Assembly: GCA_947165685.1 (NCBI GenBank)
Contig: CAMVBK010000009.1
Coordinates: 2,524-66,523, forward strand
Origin: an uncultured Bacteroidales bacterium
Lineage (GTDB): Bacteria; Bacteroidota; Bacteroidia; Bacteroidales; WCHB1-69
Length of the DNA stretch: 64,000 nt
Reading direction: 5' to 3'
The notes under the pieces are model-generated. The model had not been told where the DNA came from, did not search any database, and was given only the letters and a program-made list of their open reading frames with translations. The position numbers and the translations under genes were made by a program. This document shows, piece after piece, positions 1 through 7,977 of this stretch; position 1 is the first letter of the stretch, and every line of letters starts with the position of its first letter.

Positions 1-34
1 CGGCGAAGACGGCCGCGAAGTCCTGCTGTCGATT

Positions 35-160
35 TAGAACTGTTGGCTGTTGGCTGTTGGCTGTTGGCTGTTGGCTTTGAACTGTGAACCTGAAACTTGA
101 AACTTGAAACCTGAAACCTGAAACCTTGAACTTTGAACTTTGAACTTTAAACTTTAAACC
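35..160. repeat. Heptamer tandem array, 18 units in perfect register
   Basis: Read base by base: TAGAACT, (GTTGGCT)x5, TTGAACT, GTGAACC, (TGAAACT)x2, (TGAAACC)x3, (TTGAACT)x3, TTAAACT, TTAAACC. There are no indels across 126 nt. Confidence 0.95.
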
Positions 161-167
161 ACATACA

Positions 168-503
168 ATGACCGTAAAAGAATTAGTAGAGAAAATGAAC
201 CTCACCGTTTTTTGTGGAGAGGACAATATGGACACGGAGATCAAGGGCGGATATGTTTCCGACCTGCTGAGCGATGTCATGGGATTTGCGCAGGAGGGCC
301 ACGTGTGGGTGACCTTGCAGACCCACAAGAACGTGATCGCCATCGCATCCTTGAAGGAGTTGGCGTGCGTCATCCTCGTGAAGGGCAACAAGCCTGACGA
401 CGACATGCTGGAGCAGGCCAAGGAGGAGGACATCCCTGTCTTGGGCACCACTGAACAAACCTTCGAGGTGGCCGGGCAAATCTACAAATACTTAAATGCT
501 TAA
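168..503 (+). CDS. DRTGG domain-containing protein
   Basis: 111-aa ORF with an ATG start. It has the layout typical of DRTGG-domain proteins: GGYVSDLLSDVM, then W(V)TLQTHKNVIAIA, then the C-terminal VL(G)T segment. It ends 2 nt before the next gene. Confidence 0.7.
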   Translation: MTVKELVEKMNLTVFCGEDNMDTEIKGGYVSDLLSDVMGFAQEGHVWVTLQTHKNVIAIASLKELACVILVKGNKPDDDMLEQAKEEDIPVLGTTEQTFEVAGQIYKYLNA

Positions 504-505
504 GT

Positions 506-1051
506 ATGAAGGATTTGTCGATGCACATCATGGATATTCTGCAGAATTCCACACGTGCAAAAGCGAAAAACATCACCCTTGAGGTTTTGGAGAATCACGA
601 CGCGGACACGCTGACGCTGATCTTCAAGGACGACGGCTGCGGCATGAGCGCGGAGACGGTGGAGAAGGTTGTCAACCCCTTTTTCACCACGCGCACCACG
701 CGCAAGGTCGGCCTTGGGCTTCCTTTGCTGAAGCAGAACTCCGAGATGACTGGCGGGTCGATGAAAATTGACAGCGAGCTGGGCGTGGGCACGATCGTCA
801 CCGCCGTGTTCGGGCTCACCCACCTCGACCGTCCGCCGATGGGCGACTTGGCCGGCACTATGGTGCTCACCATCGCCGCCCATCCGGAAATACACTTCGT
901 CTTCCACTTCCAACGCACCCAGGGCGGCGAGCAGACCACCGACTACGTGCTCGACACCGACGAGCTGTACGAAGCCTTAGACGGCGTGTCGCTGCAGGAG
1001 CCCGAAGTGATGTCCTACATCAAGGAGATGGTGGAGGAGAACATCCGCTAA
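506..1051 (+). CDS. GHKL/histidine-kinase-like ATPase domain protein, usual partner of DRTGG proteins
   Basis: 181 aa. Motifs: MHIMDILQNS..A.A (N box-like), DDGCGM (G1), and TTRKVGLGLPLLKQ..E.TGG...I.SE.GVGT (G2). It is probably translationally coupled to the DRTGG gene. Confidence 0.7.
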   Translation: MKDLSMHIMDILQNSTRAKAKNITLEVLENHDADTLTLIFKDDGCGMSAETVEKVVNPFFTTRTTRKVGLGLPLLKQNSEMTGGSMKIDSELGVGTIVTAVFGLTHLDRPPMGDLAGTMVLTIAAHPEIHFVFHFQRTQGGEQTTDYVLDTDELYEALDGVSLQEPEVMSYIKEMVEENIR

Positions 1052-1204
1052 AAAAGGAATATCCTTCCTTAAACAGCCTCGGAGAGGCAAAACGCACGAA
1101 AGTGCAATTAACCCCACACAAGCGGAGCGCAGTGTGGGGGACACCCCGGGCGCAGGCAAAGCGCAGTGTGGGGAACATCAACAAGTAACTAAACATATCG
1201 AAAT

Positions 1205-4027
1205 ATGCCTGAAATGTCAACCAAGTTCGTCCCGAAACACAAGGGCGACAAGACCCCGAACCCCAAGCTTCTCAAGCTGGTTCGCCATATCACCGACCGT
1301 ATCCCCGGCAAGATCAAGATGGATACCGACGCCCCCGAGTACTGGGGTCTCGCCTGCATCTTCGAGGACGAGATGGATGCCGTCACCCGCGAGGCCGCGT
1401 TAGACCTGATGCTCGACATGCTGCCCGGAAACCCCTTCAAGGTGCGCAAGCACTGGACCAACGCGCAGCTCCACGAGCTGAACCGCCAAAAACGCTACAC
1501 TCCCGATGACAAGTCCTTCGACGACCTGTTGGATCTCATGGCCCGCATGGGGGTCATGGAGTACGACTATGGCGACAAATATACCAAAGACGGCCCTATT
1601 CCCGGCACCACCTACGAGCGGAAAGACCGCGTGTATTGGGTGCCCATGTTCGTGCCCGGCAGTGCCGAATACACCAACATGAACGAGGAACTCATGAAGA
1701 AACACCCCGAGTTGGGCATGTTCTTCGAGCGCATGACGTTCCTGCCGTTGGAAAAAATCACCCCGATGGTGCCCATGGGCGGCTCCGGCATCGGCATGCA
1801 CGTGATTCCGGTCGAGAAAGCCATCTCCATGGAGAATCAGTCCATTGATATAGAGCATATTTCCTATTGGCTCAAACGCTACGAAGGCCATCTGGCCGTG
1901 GGCATCTGCTCCTGCCGTATCGGCCGCAAGGGATTGGACGAGGGCTGCGCCGATGACTACCACGACTGGTGCATCGGTGTGGGCGACATGGCGGAATATC
2001 TGGCTGAAACAGGTCGCGGCCACTACATCACCTACGAGGAGTGCATGGCCATCCTGAAAAAAGCTGAGGACCATGGTTTTGTGCACCAAATCACCAATAT
2101 TGACGGAGAAGGGAAGATTTTCGCGATTTGTAACTGCAACGTCAAGATTTGCAATGCGTTGCGTACTTCCCAGCTGTTCAATACCCCCAACATGAGCCGC
2201 AGCGCGTATGTGGCGAAGGTCGATCCGACGAACTGCGTGGCATGCGGACGTTGCGTGGAATATTGTCCCGCCGGCGCCGTGAAGCTCGGTCAGAAGCTTT
2301 GCACCAAGCACGGGGAGCAGACGTATCCCAAGCAGGAACTGCCCGATGCGAAGAAGTGGGGACCGCACAAGTGGGATGAGGACTACCGTGACAAGAACCG
2401 TATCAACTGCTATCCGACGGGTACGGCACCGTGCAAGACCGCCTGTCCCGCGCACATCGCCGTGCAGGGTTATCTCAAGAAGGCAGCCGAGGGTAAATAT
2501 ACTGAGGCACTGGAACTTATCAAGCGCGAGAACCCGTTCCCGGCGGTATGCGGGCGCGTCTGCAACCGCCGCTGCGAGGATGCCTGCACCCGCGGCACCA
2601 TCGACCAGCCCATCGCCATCGACGCGGTGAAGCGGTTCATCGCCGAGCAGGACCTCAAAGCCGAGACCCGTTTTGTGCCGGAGGTGAACATCTGCTCCAA
2701 CGTGAAGGAGTTCTGGGAGGAGAAGATCGCCGTCATCGGCGGCGGCCCGGCTGGACTGAGCTGCGCCTACTACCTCGCCACCATGGGCTACAAACCCACC
2801 GTGTTCGAGAAAAACGAGATACCCGGCGGTATGCTGCAATACGGCATCCCGTCCTACAAATTGGACAAGGCGGTGGTGAAGGCCGAAATCGACATCATGC
2901 GCGAAATCGGCGTGGACATCCGCACCGGCGTGGAGGTCGGCAAAGACATCACCATACAGCAACTCAGGGAGCAAGGCTACAAGGGCTTCTACGTGGCCAT
3001 TGGCTGTCAGGGCGGCAAGCTGCCCGGCATTCCCGGCGAGACCATGCCCGGCACCGTCACGGCCATCGATTTCCTGTACAACTGCAATTGCGGCACAAAA
3101 GTCAACGGTAAGGTCGTGGTGGTTGGCGGCGGCAACGTGGCCATCGATGCGGCGCGGGTCGCCAAGCGTGGCGGCGCCGCCTCTGTCACCATGCTCTCAT
3201 TGGAGACCGAAGACATCATGCCCGCCTCGTTGGAGGAGCGTCGCGAGGCCCGCGAGGACGGCGTGGTCATCAACCCCGGCTGGGGCCCGAAAGAGGTGCT
3301 GGGCACCGACAAGGTCACGGGCATCGTCTTCAAGAAATGCACCAGCGTCTATGACGAACAGCATAAGTTTAATCCGCAATACAATGAAAACGAGACGATT
3401 ACACTGGATGCCGATATGGTGGTCTTCGCCATCGGACAGACGGTCATTCTCAACGACTTGCTTAAAGATACGAAGGTGGAGTTCTTCAGAGGGGTCTATC
3501 CCGTGGCCGACAAACTGACCTATCAGACCGCCGAGGAGGACATCTTCGTGGGCGGCGACTGCTACTCAGGCCCGAAGTTTGCCATCGATGCCATCGCTGC
3601 CGGCAAGGAGGCTGCCGAGTCGCTGCACCGCTTCGTGCAGCACGGCCATCTCACCATCGGGCGCAACCGCCGCGATTTCATCGAACTTGACAAGGACGAC
3701 ATCCGCGTGGAGAGCTACGACAACTCCTCCCGTCAGGTGGAGGGCGTGGCCGAGCAGACGGACAAGTTCCGCGAATACCACCAGACGCTCACCGAGGAGC
3801 AGGTGCGCATCGAGACGGCGCGTTGTCTGAGCTGTGGCGCGTCAGTGGTCGATGAGAACCGCTGCATCGGTTGCGGTATCTGCACCACCAAGTGCGCCTT
3901 CGATGCCATCCACCTCTTCCGCGACAATCCCGAGGCCAGCGTCATGCGCACCTCCGAGAACAAGTTCGACGGCATCCTCCCGTATATGCTGAAACGTGCC
4001 GCGAAAATTGTGCTTAAGAAGGGATAG
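1205..4027 (+). CDS. Multidomain Fe-S flavoprotein: an N-terminal Cys-rich domain, 4Fe-4S ferredoxin motifs, and a GltD-like FAD/NAD(P)-dependent oxidoreductase
   Basis: 940 aa. CVACGRCVEYCPAGA and CIGCGICTTKCAFDA are 4Fe-4S motifs. CGRVCNRRCEDACTRG matches the GltD N-terminal cluster region. VIGGGPAGLSCAYYL and VVVVGGGNVAIDAA are two Rossmann dinucleotide folds. Confidence 0.8.
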   Translation: MPEMSTKFVPKHKGDKTPNPKLLKLVRHITDRIPGKIKMDTDAPEYWGLACIFEDEMDAVTREAALDLMLDMLPGNPFKVRKHWTNAQLHELNRQKRYTPDDKSFDDLLDLMARMGVMEYDYGDKYTKDGPIPGTTYERKDRVYWVPMFVPGSAEYTNMNEELMKKHPELGMFFERMTFLPLEKITPMVPMGGSGIGMHVIPVEKAISMENQSIDIEHISYWLKRYEGHLAVGICSCRIGRKGLDEGCADDYHDWCIGVGDMAEYLAETGRGHYITYEECMAILKKAEDHGFVHQITNIDGEGKIFAICNCNVKICNALRTSQLFNTPNMSRSAYVAKVDPTNCVACGRCVEYCPAGAVKLGQKLCTKHGEQTYPKQELPDAKKWGPHKWDEDYRDKNRINCYPTGTAPCKTACPAHIAVQGYLKKAAEGKYTEALELIKRENPFPAVCGRVCNRRCEDACTRGTIDQPIAIDAVKRFIAEQDLKAETRFVPEVNICSNVKEFWEEKIAVIGGGPAGLSCAYYLATMGYKPTVFEKNEIPGGMLQYGIPSYKLDKAVVKAEIDIMREIGVDIRTGVEVGKDITIQQLREQGYKGFYVAIGCQGGKLPGIPGETMPGTVTAIDFLYNCNCGTKVNGKVVVVGGGNVAIDAARVAKRGGAASVTMLSLETEDIMPASLEERREAREDGVVINPGWGPKEVLGTDKVTGIVFKKCTSVYDEQHKFNPQYNENETITLDADMVVFAIGQTVILNDLLKDTKVEFFRGVYPVADKLTYQTAEEDIFVGGDCYSGPKFAIDAIAAGKEAAESLHRFVQHGHLTIGRNRRDFIELDKDDIRVESYDNSSRQVEGVAEQTDKFREYHQTLTEEQVRIETARCLSCGASVVDENRCIGCGICTTKCAFDAIHLFRDNPEASVMRTSENKFDGILPYMLKRAAKIVLKKG

Positions 4028-4031
4028 GCTT

Positions 4032-4379
4032 ATGCACGAGTTGGGGATTGTCTTCTACATCATCCGGGATGTCAAAAAGGTGGCGGAGGAGAACCACGTG
4101 GAGCGGGTCTCCGCAGTGGTCATGGACATCGGGGAGGTTTCCACGGTGGTGCCGCACCTGCTTGACGACTGCTGGCGCTGGGCTGCCGACAAAGAGGATT
4201 TGCTGCGCGACTGTGTGTTGGAAATCAATACTATCCCGGCTGTGACTTGGTGCGATGACTGCAAGCAGGAGTACGAAACGGTGAAACATGGGAGAACGTG
4301 TCCCCATTGTCACAGCGAAAACACATGGTTGCTTCGTGGAAACGAAGTGGAAATCAGGGAATTGGTTGTCGATAAGTAG
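4032..4379 (+). CDS. hypA: Hydrogenase nickel-insertion metallochaperone HypA/HybF-like
   Basis: 115 aa counted from the internal ATG at 4032; the listed ORF starts at 3996, inside the previous gene. It has the N-terminal MHE nickel-binding motif and the zinc site CDDC...CPHC. It starts 4 nt after the upstream stop. Confidence 0.7.
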   Translation: MHELGIVFYIIRDVKKVAEENHVERVSAVVMDIGEVSTVVPHLLDDCWRWAADKEDLLRDCVLEINTIPAVTWCDDCKQEYETVKHGRTCPHCHSENTWLLRGNEVEIRELVVDK

Positions 4380-4502
4380 TCGGTTCCTCTTGATGGGCCT
4401 CGGAGTGACAAGGCACACGCAGCGCAAGTAACCCCGTACCACAGTTTGCATGTGGAGTGGATGCCAGACGGGGATGCGGCTGGCCGTCAGCTTCAAATTG
4501 TG

Positions 4503-4558
4503 TTAGAGCTTGGAGCTTAGAACTAAGAGCTAAGAGTTTAGAGCTTTGAACTTGGAAA
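4503..4558. repeat. Heptamer tandem array (TAGAGCT family), about 8 units
   Basis: TAGAGCT TGGAGCT TAGAACT AAGAGCT AAGAGTT TAGAGCT TTGAACT TGGAAAC. It lies between the convergent hypA-like and TPR-membrane genes. Confidence 0.9.
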
Positions 4559-4573
4559 CGAGGTCGAAGCTCT

Positions 4574-6610
4574 TTATTTTTCTGCGTATTTCTGCGCGTT
4601 GGCTTCGTCTCCTTTGTCCGTGTACATGTAGTAGAGGTTTTTCTTGATGTTGTCGTTGTCGGGGGAGAGTTCGAGTGCGTGCAGCAGGCAGCGTTCGGCG
4701 TTGTCGAAGTCGCGTTTGATGGCGTAGCATATCCCCATGTTCTCCCATGCGCTGGCGAAGTCGGGCTGTTCGGCGACAATCTCCTCGAAGATTTTGACGG
4801 CCTCGTCCAAACGGCCGTAGCCGCGCCCTAACACATTGCCTTTCACGTTTTTGGCCACGAGGTTGCTGGGATCTTTATCCAAAATCTTGTTGACCTCCCG
4901 CCAGGCATCGTCCACTTTGCCTTCGTCTAAAAGCTTGTTCACGGGGTCGAGCTCGTGCGCCTTTTGGGATTGCGTGGACATGGTCAGCAGGTTTTTCGCC
5001 TGTGGGTTCTCGGGGTCAATAAGCGTGGCGTTGCGAGCGGCCTGGAACGCCAGGTCGGGGTTCTCGTCCAAATAGGCCAGCTCGCTGAGCAGCAGGTAGG
5101 CATTCAGCGCGTGGTCGTCCAGCTGCAGGGCTTTTTCCAGATGTTTGTAGGCATTCCGTCTGTCGCGGTCCTTGTGGTTCTTCTTCCAAAGTTGCAGGTA
5201 GCTTCCGCCTGCCGAGATGTTGCATTTGATGCTGTTCTCGGAGGTTTTCACGTCGGTCAGGAAGAGCGTGAAGTCATCCCTCCAGGTGAAGTTCCGCGTG
5301 AAGGTCTTGACACCAAACAGCAGGCAGACGACCCCTGTGATGCCGACGGCCGTTTTCTGCAGCGCCGGCACGGAGGCGGTGGCAAGCCGGTAGAGCCACC
5401 ATCCGACGATTAGGGTGAAACCGATGGACGGCATGAAGACGAACCGCTCGTTCATGAAGGTGCCCACGTTGAAGAGCAGGTTGGAGACAATCGAGAAGGT
5501 GATGATGAAGTATAGGATGCCGAAGGCGGGGACGGTCTTCTTGCGGAGTTTCCAGACGCTGTAGCCCACAAGGGCGATGCAGCCGACCAGAATCAGCCAC
5601 ACGAGCGGGTTACTGAAGTCGGTGATGGCAATTTGGTGCGGGTAGTAGTCGTGAGTGAGCGGATGGGGAATGAAGAGCAGCTTGAGGTAGATGCCCCAGG
5701 TGAGTAGCACAGTGGCGATTTGCTGCGCCCGCGTGGAATGGACGTAAGGGTTGTTAAGGATGTTGCCGGTAAGGTCGGGCTGCATCATGTTGCCCAACAC
5801 CTTGTAGCGCACCCAAATGAAAAATACACTGCCTAAAACAATGGGAATCAGCGTGATAAGATAGTCGATGGGACGTTTTTTCTCGCTTGGGAGGAAGAAC
5901 AGCGCCATCGGCACCACGGCAAGGAATGTGATGGCGTTCTCCTTGGAGAAAATGCCGAAGGTGAAAGTCAGAAGACTGATAACCAACCAGAACCATTTCC
6001 GTGTATCGACATATTTGAGGGAGCACCAGAGGGCGGCGAAGGCGCCGAGCATGGCGAAAATCTCGTCGCGCCCCTTCACGTTGGCCACCACTTCGGTGTG
6101 GATCGGATGCACGACGAAGAGCAGCACCGCGAGGAACGGCAGCGACTGGAACCACCTCTTGCCCTCGTGCTGCGGGAAAATCCGCGACAGCGTCTCATTG
6201 ATCAGCAGGCAGAGCAGGATGAAGTAGAGCAGGTTCATCAGATGGTTGACGAAGGGCAGGGGAGTGTCGTAGAAGTAGTCCTCATGCGCGGCATTGTGCA
6301 GGTTGTAGTAGTCGTCGAGGTCGCCGATTCGCTCTTTGATGTTCTTGCCAAACAATTGGCATTCAATCATGAACGTCAGTTGCGACATCGGTCTGTATCG
6401 TCCTCCGGCCACAATGGAGTGGTCGCTGCCGAAATAGCCGGTGAAGGTGTCTTCGGTGAAGATGGCCTTCATGGAGTCCCACCCACCCTTGAGGGTGTAT
6501 TTGCTCTCAAGGATGACCATGCGGTCGTCGAGGGCATAGTGCAGGGTGAGGGTGTTGGCATAGCACAGAAGTGCCAGTACGGAGATGATGATGCGGTGGA
6601 TTTTCTTCAT
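4574..6610 (-). CDS. Polytopic membrane protein with a C-terminal TPR domain (TMTC/PMT_2-like, DUF1736-type architecture)
   Basis: 678 aa. About 10 hydrophobic segments are followed by TPR-like repeats, for example AWENMGICYAIKRDFDNAERCLLHALELSPDN. Confidence 0.65.
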   Translation of the reverse strand: MKKIHRIIISVLALLCYANTLTLHYALDDRMVILESKYTLKGGWDSMKAIFTEDTFTGYFGSDHSIVAGGRYRPMSQLTFMIECQLFGKNIKERIGDLDDYYNLHNAAHEDYFYDTPLPFVNHLMNLLYFILLCLLINETLSRIFPQHEGKRWFQSLPFLAVLLFVVHPIHTEVVANVKGRDEIFAMLGAFAALWCSLKYVDTRKWFWLVISLLTFTFGIFSKENAITFLAVVPMALFFLPSEKKRPIDYLITLIPIVLGSVFFIWVRYKVLGNMMQPDLTGNILNNPYVHSTRAQQIATVLLTWGIYLKLLFIPHPLTHDYYPHQIAITDFSNPLVWLILVGCIALVGYSVWKLRKKTVPAFGILYFIITFSIVSNLLFNVGTFMNERFVFMPSIGFTLIVGWWLYRLATASVPALQKTAVGITGVVCLLFGVKTFTRNFTWRDDFTLFLTDVKTSENSIKCNISAGGSYLQLWKKNHKDRDRRNAYKHLEKALQLDDHALNAYLLLSELAYLDENPDLAFQAARNATLIDPENPQAKNLLTMSTQSQKAHELDPVNKLLDEGKVDDAWREVNKILDKDPSNLVAKNVKGNVLGRGYGRLDEAVKIFEEIVAEQPDFASAWENMGICYAIKRDFDNAERCLLHALELSPDNDNIKKNLYYMYTDKGDEANAQKYAEK

Positions 6611-6626
6611 GACGGATTATGTGAAG

Positions 6627-6826
6627 GGTTGGTGGGTTTGGTGGGTTAGTGGGTTAGTGGGTTAGTGGTTTAGAAGTTTAGTAGTTTAGAAGTTTAGAAG
6701 TTTAGTGGTTTAATGGTTATTAGTCACTTGTCACTTGTCATTAGTCACTTGTCACTTGTCATTAGTCATTAGTCATTAGTCACTTGTCATTAGTCATTAG
6801 TCACTCGTCACTCGTCGTAGCCTTAA
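6627..6826. repeat. Composite 8-mer then 7-mer tandem array, about 200 nt
   Basis: (GGGTTAGT)x3, a GTTTAGNN 8-mer series (about 6 units), then TCACTTG/TCATTAG/TCACTCG heptamers (about 14 units). It fills almost the whole kdsA-TPR intergenic region. Confidence 0.95.
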
Positions 6827-6829
6827 CCC

Positions 6830-7642
6830 TTAAAGGATGGCTTGGCGGATGCGGACGAGTTTGGAGAGTAGCGGTCGCAGTTGGTCGAGTGGGAGCATGT
6901 TGGCGCCGTCGGAGAGGGCCTTGGCCGGTTCGGGGTGCGTCTCCATGAAGAGCCCGTCGAAGCCGACGGCCACACCGGCCTTGGCGATGGTCTCGATGAG
7001 ATCGGGGCGGCCGCCGGTGACCCCGGAAGGCTGGTTGGGTTGTTGCAGCGAGTGTGTGCAGTCGAGCACGGCGGGGCATCCGAACGACTGCAGGGCCTTC
7101 ACGCCGCGGAAATCGACCACAAGGTCTTGGTATCCGAAAGTGGTGCCGCGTTCGGTGAGCATCACGCGGGGGTTGCCTGCCTCGCGCACCTTCTCCACGG
7201 CGTTGCCCATCGCCTCGGGCGACATGAACTGCCCCTTCTTGATGTTGATGACCTTGCCGGTTTTCGCCGCCGCGACTAACAGCTCCGTCTGCCGGCAGAG
7301 GAACGCGGGAATTTGCAGGATGTCGGCTACCTGCGCGGCCCATGCGGCCTCCTCGTTCGTGTGGATGTCCGTCACCACGGGCACCTTGAGCTCCTCTCTC
7401 ACGGCCTTCAGCACGGCAAGGGCCGCCTCGTCGCCGATGCCCGTGAACGAATGCAGCGACGACCGGTTGGCTTTCCGGTAGGAGGCCTTGAAACAGAACG
7501 GAATCCCCAAATCTGCGCAAATTCCCTTGATTTCCCGTGCAATACGGAAAGTGATTTCCTCGCCTTCCACCACGCACGGCCCGGCAATGAGGAAGAAACT
7601 GTTGCCCTCGCAGGATATGATTCGTTGAAGCACTGTGTCCAT
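6830..7642 (-). CDS. kdsA: 3-deoxy-8-phosphooctulonate synthase (KDO8P synthase)
   Basis: 270 aa. FFLIAGPCVVE, FKASYRKANRSS and LDCTHSLQ.P are hallmark KdsA motifs. Confidence 0.9.
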   Translation of the reverse strand: MDTVLQRIISCEGNSFFLIAGPCVVEGEEITFRIAREIKGICADLGIPFCFKASYRKANRSSLHSFTGIGDEAALAVLKAVREELKVPVVTDIHTNEEAAWAAQVADILQIPAFLCRQTELLVAAAKTGKVINIKKGQFMSPEAMGNAVEKVREAGNPRVMLTERGTTFGYQDLVVDFRGVKALQSFGCPAVLDCTHSLQQPNQPSGVTGGRPDLIETIAKAGVAVGFDGLFMETHPEPAKALSDGANMLPLDQLRPLLSKLVRIRQAIL

Positions 7643-7680
7643 ATTCGTTTATTTTGGGCGGCAAAGATACGATTTTTTGA

Positions 7681-7900
7681 CTTAGAACTCAGAACTTAGA
7701 ATCAGAACTTAGAACCTTGAAACCTGAAACCTGAAACCTTTTGAACCTTGAACTTTGAACCTTGAACTTTGAACCTAGTTTAGTGAGTTTAGTAGGTTTA
7801 GTAAGTTTAGCTCCCGGAAAAGAAACTCTCAGTTCTTAGCTCTTTGAACCTTGAACCTTGAACTTTGAACCTTGAAACCTGAAACCTGAAACCTGAAACC
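7681..7900. repeat. Composite tandem array in two parts, separated by about 30 nt of unique sequence
   Basis: TAGAACT-type, TGAAACC and TTGAACY heptamers, then GTTTAGTNN 9-mers x4, unique sequence at 7812-7840, then TTGAACY and TGAAACC heptamers again. Confidence 0.9.
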
Positions 7901-7977
7901 AAAAAGGGAGACCCTCTCGGATCCCCCTTTGCAATGGTCATAAAGAATTTACGCGAGATTCGCGAAATACGCGGAGA

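Noticed and set aside
1-37. Possible 3' end of an upstream plus-strand CDS (..GEDGREVLLSI, TAG at 35-37)
   Set aside because: Only 11 codons are visible, so neither the frame nor the product can be supported. I note it only because its putative stop lies in the first unit of the heptamer array.
1400-2974. 524-aa minus-strand ORF
   Set aside because: It is antisense to the Fe-S flavoprotein gene. Its composition is skewed (G, A, V, H, L, D) and it has no recognisable motif. The plus frame carries ferredoxin and Rossmann motifs.
7901-7930. Hairpin AAAGGGAGACCCTCTCGGATCCCCCTTT as the terminator of the giant gene
   Set aside because: The stem is imperfect (AAAGGG-A against TCCCCCTTT, with an internal GAGA..TCTC mini-hairpin). 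It lies 48 nt beyond the stop. It is plausible on the minus strand, where a T-run follows, but too weak to list as a feature.
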